Assembly: GCF_006345805.1 (NCBI RefSeq)
Contig: NC_043010.1
Location: 45,632,001-45,696,000, forward strand
Direction of reading: 5' to 3'
DNA length: 64,000 nucleotides
Source of the DNA: Octopus sinensis
Lineage: Eukaryota
The stretch's first letter is position 1, and the number at the start of each line of letters is the position of its first letter. Positions 39,330-49,165 of the stretch are shown here, in pieces. Both the position numbers and the translations under genes were made by a program. Under the pieces are notes generated by a model. The model was not told where the DNA came from. It made no database searches and saw nothing but the letters and a program-made list of their open reading frames with translations.

Positions 39330-39444
39330 ACACACACACACACATAATGGCTTTTTGGTCGTTTTTCAGTTTCCATCTAACAAATTCACACATGAGTCTT
39401 TGGTCAGTCTTGGCAATGGCAGAAGACATTTCTACAAGGTACCA
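39330..39444 (-). mobile_element. SINE family A fragment
   Basis: tttcagtttccatctaacaaattcacac...agaagacatttctacaaggtacca. Confidence 0.7.
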
Positions 39445-39451
39445 TATGGTT

Positions 39452-39605
39452 GTGAGTGGCTGTGTAGTAAATAGCTTGCTTACTAACCACATGGTTCTGG
39501 GTTCAGTCCCATTGTCTGCACCTTGGGCATGTGTTTTCTAATATAGCCTCAGGCCGAAAAAGCCTTGTGAGTGGATTTGGTAGATGGAAACTGAAAGAAG
39601 CCTGT
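39452..39605 (+). mobile_element. SINE family A 5' half
   Basis: gagtggctgtgtagtaaatagcttgc...gggttcagtcccattg...gaaactgaaagaagcctgt. Confidence 0.85.
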
Positions 39606-39614
39606 CATATATAT

Positions 39615-39998
39615 CATCATCATCATCATTTAACATCTGCTTTCCATGCTAGCATAGGTTGGAAGGTTTGACTGGAGACTGGCAAGCCAGTAGGCTGTGC
39701 CAGGCTTCAATATTATTTGGCAAGGTTTCTACAGCTGGATGCCCTTCCAAACACCAATCACTCTAAGAGTGTAGTGGGTGCTTTTTATGTGCCACCAGCA
39801 CCGCCAGACTGGCTCTTGTGCCAGTGGAACATAAAAGCACCCACTACACTATCGGTGTGGTTGGCATTAGGAAGGCATCCAGCCGTAGAAACTGCCAGAT
39901 CAGATTGGTGCCTGGTGCAGCCATCTGGCTTGCCAGTCCTCAGTCAAACTGTCCAACCCATGCCAACATGGAAAGCGAACGTTAAACGATGATGATGA
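39615..39998. mobile_element. Two family C (RTE 3' end) copies joined head-to-head as an inverted repeat
   Basis: Left arm about 39615-39800 (minus, (CAT)n outer end); right arm about 39817-39998 (plus, (GAT)n outer end). Flanked by catatatat at 39606-39614 and 39999-40007. Confidence 0.85.
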
Positions 39999-40403
39999 CA
40001 TATATATACGCACATACAAACATAGACTTTATGTATTTGTATATGCATACACACTTATGCATTTATAAATATACACATTTATCATTTATATATTTATATA
40101 TACAAACACACATATGCAGCCATATATAGATGGTTATACAGGTTGCTCTGAGCATTATATATTTAAAAAAAAACCTACATGGCAAGAACAAAAATGACAA
40201 AGAACACAAAAGTATTCTCAGAATATCAGTACACGTGTTCAACCTGATATATCAAATAAACAGGCCATTCAACAAAACACATTAAGAGGGATTATGAGGT
40301 ATTACCAATGAACATTAAGAAATGAGATAAACTGATAAACAAACTGCCATAGATGTATTGCTAGATACATACACTTTAAATATTTGATGCATTTTTGGTA
40401 GTT

Positions 40404-40796
40404 ATTCTTTTATTCTTTTACTTGTTTCAGTCATCTGACTGTGGCCATGCTGGAATACTGCTTTTGAGTTGATGAATTCAACCCCAAGATGTATTCTTTG
40501 TAAGCATGGTATTTATTCTCTCAGACTCTTAGCCAAACTGCTAAATTACAAGGACATAAACACACCGACGTCAGTTGTCAAGTGAGGGTGGTTGGGGGAA
40601 CAAACACATACACAAAGACACATAAATATATACATACATATATCTATCTATCTATCTATCTGTCTATGACAAGCTTCTTTTTCAGTTTCTGTTCACCAAA
40701 TGCATTCACAAGGCTTTGCCCAAGGTACCACACAGTGGAACTGAACCTGGAACTATGGGGCTGGGAAGCAAGCTTCTTACCACAAGGCCATGCCTG
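40404..40796 (-). mobile_element. SINE family A
   Basis: Colinear with 46102-46516. Confidence 0.85.
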
Positions 40797-40799
40797 ATT

Positions 40800-40993
40800 A
40801 TTTTTTATCTTTTACTTGTTTCAATCAATGGATTGTAGCCATACTGGGGGTTTTTGAAGGGTTTTTGTCAAACAAATCAACCCAAGTATTAATGTTTTTT
40901 GTTGTTTTTTTAAAGTCTGGTGCTTATTCTGTTGGTATTCTATGCTGAACTACTAAGTTACAGGGTTATATTCAAATCAGCAGTGGTTGGGGT

Positions 40994-41029
<36 letters not shown>

Positions 41030-41190
41030 TGATGAGCTTCCAGACAGTTTTCATCTACCAAATTCACTCACAAGGCATTGGTTATCCTGGAGCTGTTGTA
41101 GAAGATACTTGCCGAAGGTGTCACACTATGGGACTGAACCTTAAACCATGCAATTATGAAGCAAGTTTCTTAACCATACAGCCATGTCTG
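40800..41190 (-). mobile_element. SINE family A, tandem to the previous copy
   Basis: Colinear with 46102-46516; internal (CA)n. Confidence 0.8.
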
Positions 41191-41254
41191 ATTAAATAAC
41201 ACCGATGTGTTAGTTGTTTTGTATAACTAAACTTCTGAAATCAGTCTACTTGTT

Positions 41255-41471
41255 TTAACCCTCTAGCATTGAAACTGGCCACATCCAGCCATAATATTCT
41301 ATTTGTTTTATGTTCAAACTGGCCAAATACAGACGTTTGCACCTATGCTAAGCAATCCCATAATCCCATAATCGAAATCTCAGAGCTATGGCATAATGCA
41401 TGACTAATTCAAAACAATGTAAGTAAACAAGCATTACATTTGGCAAGCTAATCTGAATGCTTTAGGGTTAA
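41255..41471. mobile_element. TTAA-flanked (piggyBac-like) MITE
   Basis: ttaaccct...agggttaa termini. Confidence 0.75.
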
Positions 41472-41796
41472 TAAAGCACCTTACAATAAGTGATTTAAGT
41501 ACAATTTCACAATGGTCATTCAAGAATAGAGCAAGTATTTACTGATGAGAATGCAGACATTTGAAACTATAGTCCAGCCAATCTCTCTTTCTTTCTGCCC
41601 AGTGTGTGACTGTGTAAACATGACAGCAGTTTATGACCATTTGATGTATCTAATTTGAATTAGTTTATTGGTTTATACAGGCAATGACCCTTAAAAATCT
41701 GTGGATCCCCCATAGCTGAGTATGAAAACAAAAATTTCTGATTTGTCAGTAATTTAAACATTTTGATACAGATGGTTGGCTCTGTATTTTTACATC

Positions 41797-41800
<4 letters not shown>

Positions 41801-41849
<49 letters not shown>

Positions 41850-41967
41850 ATGCATGCATGCATGTGTGTCTGTGTCTATGTATGCTTCTGTATCTATGTA
41901 TGCTTCTGTGTATGTGTGTATATATACATGTACAAATCAAATCAAATCAAATCAAATCAAATCAAAC
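41801..41967. repeat. Compound microsatellite (GT)n-(GTAT)n-...-(AAATC)n
   Basis: Read directly from the sequence. Confidence 0.9.
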
Positions 41968-41989
41968 CAAAATAGATGAACATCAATGG

Positions 41990-42508
41990 AATTTGTATCC
42001 TTGTGGTACCAGTGCCGGTGGCACATAAGAAAACCATCCGAACGAGACCGTAGCCAGTACCGCATCGACTGGCCTCCGTGCTGAGGGCACGTAACAAACA
42101 CCATCCGAGCGTGGCCGTTCGCCAGCCTCGTCTGGCACCTGTGTCGGTGACACATAAGAAAACACCATCCGAGTGTGGCCGTCTGCCAGCCTTGTCTGGC
42201 ACCTGTGTCGGTGGCACATAAAAAAAAACACCATCCGAGCGTGGCCGTCTGCCAGCCTCGTCTGGCACCTGTGTCGGTGGCACATAAAAAACACCATCCG
42301 AGCGTGGCCGTCTGCCAGCCTCGTCTGGCACCTGTGTTGGTGGCACATAAAATCACCCACTACACTCTTGGAGTGGTTGGCGTTAGGAAGGGCATCCAGC
42401 TGTAGAAACACTGCCAGATCTGACTGGCCTGGTGCAGCCTTCGGGCTTGCCAGACCCCAGTTGAACCGTCCAACCCATACTAGCATGGAAAGCGGACGTT
42501 AAACGATG
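41990..42508 (+). mobile_element. Young family C / RTE 3'UTR element with internal minisatellite
   Basis: CpG-rich. Four near-identical 63-66 bp units start at 42099, 42163, 42229 and 42292, preceded by one diverged unit. Ends ggaaagcggacgttaaacgatg. Confidence 0.9.
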
Positions 42509-43424
42509 TGAATCACTTTAACAATACAAGTGCTGTGTTAGTGCTAAGGAGTGGTGTGTAAGAGACTTTTTGTCTTTAAACTAGCAAGCATGGTTTAATA
42601 TTTCAAGGGGAGAGATCATCCTATGTGATTCACGAAGGCATTTTTTTTGTTTCACTGATGTTTGACTTGCAGATGTTCAATGGTGGTTAAACAGTCTCCC
42701 AGCTGGTGAATGGTATATGATTCCCTTCCAGTGTCATAAACAGTGTTGTTTGCCTATATAGCAGCAACATAAGTAAGAGTGAACCACTTGTATGATTCAG
42801 TATTGTATACTTCAGAAGTGAGGATTTTAAGAAACACACCATGCTATTGGTCATCTGCTTAACTTTCAGATAGGTTTGTCATGAAGCACAATTGTTGTTA
42901 TGGTGATCAGTGTAAAAATAACAGAGCTCCTACTAGTGCTTTATAGAGATAAGAGATATTATTCTTACTTAAAAAATATGTTACTTTTAAATCTATTGAT
43001 CACATAGATATAACTGTTACTGTTATGTTTAGTTTGTCTGGCATCAGTTTTTAGTTTCAATAATCAGTGATAGTCTTGGACATAAGAATGTTTATAATCT
43101 CCAGATCTGCATTAACATTTCTGCTTTCTACTTGATTTAGCTTGAATAATGAGTTGAACTGTTAGTCATTCATGGTAAACATTGCTGCAGTAGTTCTCAG
43201 TTTAAATATTCCAAGATAAACTATAATAGAGAAATATTATTGTTACTAATCTGTTTCAAAATTTGGTACTGCATTCTCTCTAATACTTCTAGTATAGTAG
43301 TGCCCGTCAGTTTAACTTAAGATCCATTATCTAGAAATAAATATGCTGATACAGAATTATTTTCTATGAAATGGAAGCATCTACCTATGGAGTGTTCAGA
43401 AAATATTTTGGGCCTACAAGGTAG

Positions 43425-43595
43425 CCCCTATGTGGTTACTTCAATAGTGGCTTGATCTCCCTTAATTACATTCTGCTACCTTACATTAAAGTAAAGGCAC
43501 ATTAAACAATCTACTTCTGCATGCCCTTAAAAATGGGATGGTCATGGCTGGAATATCTTTCATCAGGGTGAACATAGAGCTAAACAATAACAACA
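43425..43595 (+). repeat. Dispersed repeat family E
   Basis: aaaaatgggatggtcatggctggaatatcttt...gagctaaacaataacaac. Confidence 0.6.
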
Positions 43596-46101
43596 GAGGA
43601 ATGCATTTACAAATGAATTGAAAATTTGAGATATAGGCAAGAAGTCCTTATATTTAAATTAAAATCATTAGTTAAGATGGTTATGAAAACAAAAAAGGAA
43701 AAGAAACAACAGAATATCAATATAGACCCAATTAATACCTATATGTACATTAATTATCTAAATAAATTATACAAGTTTCAGGTGGAAAATTTTATTGATA
43801 AGCATATATAAAAATAACATTTTATTATTTCTTTGGCTCAAGGAATGTTAAGATTATTCAATAAAAAATTACATTAATAATATATTTTGGGATAACGAAT
43901 ACTCTGGTTATGGGGAATCCTGTTCCTCTGACTAGCAGGTCCAATATTAAGAGCTGCTAGAGTTTTCACCAACATTACCAATATTGAAATTCTGAATGCA
44001 GTCCCTACTGTTGTGGTACTTCATAAAACTATTGCAAAATAAGCTGTTTAAAGTGCTGGCTAAAGTTCAAACTATTTGAATATTATTTAAAATCAAGTCT
44101 TGATATGTAATGCTAATATAAAGAAAAAAACCCTAACATTTATACACTATAGACATACACTCTATTACTGAGCCATTGTACTTGCATTAAATCTACTAAA
44201 ATTTTGGTTGAATTTTAGTGCATGACTAGTATTTTGTTTTAAACCAAATCAATCTTTGTTGGACATGTTATCCTACAACATAGGACTTGGAATATATACA
44301 TCTCAGTTGGTAACGATTTACTTAAGATAATGGTTATGCTGCTATGTCAGCAAATTAGGTAATTTGTATAGAAATTTCATTAATAGCTGATGCTAATATA
44401 GATATTTTAAAGAACAAAATTTCGATATTTATCATTAGTTGTCTGCCACTTTCAACTGTTTTTGTTTGATTGCAAAGTTAATTCTGTTGTTCTCAAACAT
44501 GGAAAAGACTGAAATGAAGAAGGACTGGATGCAGCTAGTGTAATCAGAACAGCTAAAGTTCTAAACGTGTTCAAGGGTTATAAGATTTTATTCAGAACTG
44601 ATGCTAGAACTTAATCAAGATACTATTGTTCTACCCTACTAACTTAGCAGCCAAACAGGTATCAAATAGAAAATTGTCAAGATGCCTGTTAGTTAATTGT
44701 ACAGATTCTAGTCTTTAGAATCAGACTATTTTGTGTTGTTAACAAAATAAGATAAAAGAGAAAATGTCTAAATGTTCAGAGTTTCTACAATTTTTTTTTT
44801 CCCACAATTAAAATTTCAACAGTTTTTATCATAATATCACTGTTCCATGACTTAACTTTCCATGATAAGACATAGTTTCTCCTTTATTGTCACTTCTACT
44901 GTATATGCAGCTTTGTTTTCATTGCATTTTAGGGAAAGTAGGTTATCTGCACTGACATCTCTATTCTAAGATTTCTTCTAATCTTTCTTTTTAAAAATAA
45001 ATACATAAAAGCCCTAGTTTTTCTGAAGAGACTTACTATCATCAATTAAAAGTTGTATAAGAACTCTTTATTAAGGAAGAATCTTTATTAAGGAAGATTT
45101 ATTAAGAAGCTGTTCTTGTTTTGTTTCTATATTAATGGTACTTATAGAATTTCCTTTTTCTGTTACCATAGTGATTTAGTATCTCACTGAATTTGCTTTT
45201 TCTTTGTTTCATGTTGCTAATTTCTTAAGATTGTACATGATCCTTCTCGTAGTATGCCACAAAACCAAGTTGATAATATATTTTGTGATGTACCTAAAAA
45301 TCTCACTATCAAAAAATTCATTGTTTCTAAGAGAAAAGCTTCATTGAAGCTTTCTTATTCTCTCTAGATGGATGGTAATGTGGAAAATACAGTTACCTTT
45401 TAAATTTTTGTTTTCTATTTTATATCGTTGTATCAAGATGTCTATTTGAAAAGTGTGTACATAAATAAGATGATGTACATTTGAAGAGATTTTTTATTTG
45501 TTTGTTTATTTATATTGCTTGTCTCAGTGTATTATGTTTCTGACTTGAAGAGACACATTTTTGTCATTTTCTAATCTTCTTTATATTATTCTTTGTTCAT
45601 GCAGACTTCATACCCCTGTGAATATACACTTTCCAACTTTATTGTTTAGCCCTCTGGTTAATCATGATCGAGCAGACTTAAGGCCCATAAACAAATTACT
45701 TGCATAGCTAGGTACCATCTTGCTCTTAGTGTATCACGACTTCACTTGAGTGCTTGCTTATTGTTGTAAATACTAACTGGCATCATTTATTGCATAGGTA
45801 AATGTATGGTTGTCTGAACTGGTTGATTTTTTTTCTCCCAACATTCAGTACATTCTAGTAATTGCCACAACTGAGGCAATGTGGATTTAGTAAGAATATG
45901 TCAGTTGCTGTACTTCTTTCCTTATTATCAGTAGTGAGTATCCCAGTACAGGGAGGTTCTTTTTATCTGCAAGTGCTGCATATCAATAATGATTAATCTG
46001 CTCCTTCACTATTTAGAATACCTTTACTCTCTACAGTTAAATCTAATAAACATTTTATGATTATGGAAAGGAGAATGTTATTGCACTGCATCATGATGAT
46101 C

Positions 46102-46516
46102 TCTTTACTTTTTCTTTACTTGTTTCAGTCATGTGACTGTGGCCATGCTAGAGCACCGCCTTTAGTTGAGCAAATTGCCCACCAGGACTTGTTCTTTGTC
46201 ATCCTAGTACTTATTCTATCGGTTCTCTTTTGCCGAACCGCTAAGTTACGGGGACGTAGACACACCAGCATCGGTTGTCAAGCGATGTTGGGGGGACAAA
46301 CACAGACACACAAACATATATACACACATACAAATATATATATATATACACGACAGGCTTCTTTCAGTTTCTGTCTACCAAATCCATTCACAAGGCTTTG
46401 GTTGGACCGAGGCTATAGTACAAGACACTTGCCCAAGGTGCCACACAGTGGGACTGAACCCAGAACCATGTAGTTGGTAAGCAAGCTACTTACCACACAG
46501 CCACTCCTATGCACCA
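46102..46516 (-). mobile_element. Young full-length SINE family A with 13-bp TSD
   Basis: tRNA-like head (A-box-like tggctgtgtgg, B-box-like ggttcagtccc), central microsatellite, 3' end tgactgaaacaagtaaaga; TSD catcatgatgatc at 46089-46101 and 46517-46529. Confidence 0.92.
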
Positions 46517-46894
46517 CATCATGATGATCATCATTTAACATTGTATTCCATGCTGGTAAGGCATATATACTGTATATGTGTGTGTGTATATATATATATA
46601 TATATAATTGAAAGAAATTGAAGCCAACAAGAAGGAGTATGGTTGGACAGTTATTTTTTAATCACTACGATTGTTTCAATGCAGTGTAGTTCTTGAAGAA
46701 TATAGGTACTTGATTATACAACTGTTTGTTTGCATAATGAGATCTAGTTGTGTTTCCTCAGGCAATATGCAAGTATTGTCTCCATTAGTTTAAAATTGTA
46801 GACTTCAAGGCCATCCCTTCCATCTGTCTTGGTTTGAATTTAGTAGTAGCTGATAGACTCATGGCGTGTGCTGCCAGAATGTGTTTAGACAGAA

Positions 46895-47086
46895 GGCCAG
46901 TAAGTTTGGGAAGGGGGAAGAGGATTACATCAACTTCAGTACTCAACTGATGCTTATTTTATCGACCCTGAAGGGATGAAAGGTAAAGTTGACCTTGGTG
47001 GAATTTGAACTCAGAATGTACAGATGGATGAAATGCTGTTAAACATTTTGCCTGGTGTGCTAATTATTCTGCCAGCTCGTCACCTT
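46895..47086 (-). mobile_element. SINE family B
   Basis: ttatcgaccctgaagggatgaaaggtaaagttgaccttggtggaatttgaactcagaa. Confidence 0.85.
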
Positions 47087-47149
47087 ATTTTATTTGTTTT
47101 TAACTTTTTGATTGATGAGCTAAATAATACTTATTTCTCTTTGCTCATA

Positions 47150-47320
47150 GTTGTTGTTGTTGTGATTTAGGTTATCCTTAATTGAGCAGATCTATAGGCA
47201 AAGATGTTCTAGTCATTTTTTCAGGTAAAATATAAAAGGACACAATAATATAGTACTAGATATTATGTATGATTTCAGGAGGATATGGCTACTATGTCTT
47301 GCTGGTCATCTGACTATGAA
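47150..47320 (-). repeat. Dispersed repeat family E
   Basis: gttgttgttg...gagcagatctataggcaaag...atttcaggaggatatggctact...ggtcatctgac. Confidence 0.5.
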
Positions 47321-47905
47321 AAAGTTTCCTTGGTTCAACTATAGAAGAAGGTATCCATCAAAACACTTACACATGCACACACTCACACATACACAAATAA
47401 TAAAATAAACAAATTTTTCAATATAATTGGAAAGTTCGTTTGTTTTTCATTTGCAGACCCCCATCTCTACAGCAAACTGCTCAACTATGATATAAGAGAG
47501 GTTAATTACTTTAGGTTGAAGAAATAAATCCATGTACAATGAGAGGTAGTGTTGTACTTTAATAAACAGAGAAGCGTCTTGTCCATTGATTACTGCTCCA
47601 CCATTTCACTTCATCTCCAACACAACCATAAAACGTATTGTTTTTATTTTATTCATATACACTTTGTACATATTATACAGAGATGACTTAACCTACTTTT
47701 ACAGGAAAAATTATAATTCTGGAGAGGCTATATGTGGTAGAGGGGCAATAGTTTATGTGTGTGTGTGTATGGGTAGTGTATGTGTGTATATGTATATATG
47801 TATTTGTAATGGCATAATGAGAACAGCACAAGACCCTTTTTATAAGAAATTTGGTATGTGAAAATATAATCTTTCAGAATGTTTTCTCTTTCTAAACTCT
47901 TGAAG

Positions 47906-47991
47906 CTGGTCTCCACCATTGATATTCACTAGACATGTAGATATTAAATATCAACTGAGACTGTATTGTAATGTCGCTGTGAAAGAAGTCT
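47906..47991 (+). CDS. Candidate 86-nt exon WSPPLIFTRHVDIKYQLRLYCNVAVKEV, phase 2-1
   Basis: Acceptor gttttctctttctaaactcttgaag and donor T|gtgagt; only one of three frames is open. Confidence 0.4.
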
Positions 47992-48746
47992 GTGAGTATC
48001 TTAATACACATATACACACAATTGCTAATTTAAAAGGAAAAAAAAAATTCAGAAAAATTAAATTGTATCTTAGTGTAAATATTTGCGAATTAGAGACTAT
48101 AATCTGGCTGTTAAATGATAATTTTTAAAAATTTGTGCTTCATTAATCTTCAAAGCTGATAAAACTATTTTGAATTTTTACAATTGTGTGTGTATGTGTA
48201 GGGTTAGAAGAAATGTAAATAATATATATAATTACTTCATTTCTTTTTTCTGTGGTATCTTGCCATTTTAACATAGCTAGATGTACAAACAGATGAGTAC
48301 TTCTCAACCTTTTTTTAATTCTTGCCCCTTTTTCTTTTTTACTAATGCATTTTTAACAGCCTTTCGCTGTAAATCAATAGGCTGCCTAGTGCCATAAGTG
48401 CAGTGGATGTCTTTATTACATGTAAGGAAATATCCACAAATATTGACGATGGCCTTTAAACTATAATTTATTGATTACACTTTACATGCATTGGTGATAT
48501 AGATTTGGTTTTGTTTATTTACACTTCAAGGTCTATCCTTGTTGTTTATGTTGTCATTGTGTCAGTCTTTGTTGTTGTGATTGTGGCTAACATGCAGGTT
48601 ATCGTGGTATTACATTTAAAACTTTCTTAAAGTTAATATTCAAATAGGAGGCAAACACTAAAACAATTTATACAGGTGTATCTATCACCCCTTTCTCATT
48701 GCTTCTTTGTCTCCAGTCCCCATGTTAAATTTTCCATTGCCTAGAC

Positions 48747-48969
48747 TAGTGGTTCTCAAGATTTTGTAGTTGAAATTTATCTGCAATAAATTGGTTATAC
48801 TTCTACAATACTCAAAATATTTTTTTAATTTTCTGTTATACAATTCCTAATAATATTTAATTGTAAAAATATAATATAATTTTTTAAAATATCAAATGGC
48901 TATCAGGGTCCAGTAGAGTAAAATAGGAATCAAAGGGGTCCATAGGTAAAAAATGGTTGAGAAACACTG
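48747..48969. mobile_element. hAT-like MITE with 8-bp TSD
   Basis: TIRs tagtggttctcaa / ttgagaaacactg; flanks gcctagac (48739-48746) and gcctggac (48970-48977). Confidence 0.85.
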
Positions 48970-48977
48970 GCCTGGAC

Positions 48978-49165
48978 CAATGCTCCACAACCTTTTTTCA
49001 CTTGCAGTAGATTTATATTCTTTTTGAAATTCAGCAGCACACCTGAACTAAAAATATAACTAAAAGTATGGAGGTAGGGAAAGTATATTCAAGTTGCACT
49101 GCAGCACACCTGGCAACGTTTTGTGGCATACCAGTGTGCTGCAGCACACTGATTGCAAAGCATCG
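48978..49165. mobile_element. Second, different hAT-like MITE
   Basis: Imperfect TIRs caatgctccacaacc / gattgcaaagcatcg, internal cagcacac repeats, flanks gcctggac and gcctagag (49166-49173). Confidence 0.65.

Noticed and set aside
42099-42353. CRISPR-like array
   Set aside because: Units are contiguous with no unique spacers, there are no cas genes, and the array lies within an RTE 3'UTR in eukaryotic DNA.
41952-42502. Overlapping 76-167 aa repetitive ORFs
   Set aside because: Translations of the minisatellite in several frames on both strands; the A-run length changes shift frames between units.
46430-46510. tRNA gene (also 53782-53870)
   Set aside because: A/B-box-like heads continue directly into SINE bodies with TSDs; no complete cloverleaf was evident.
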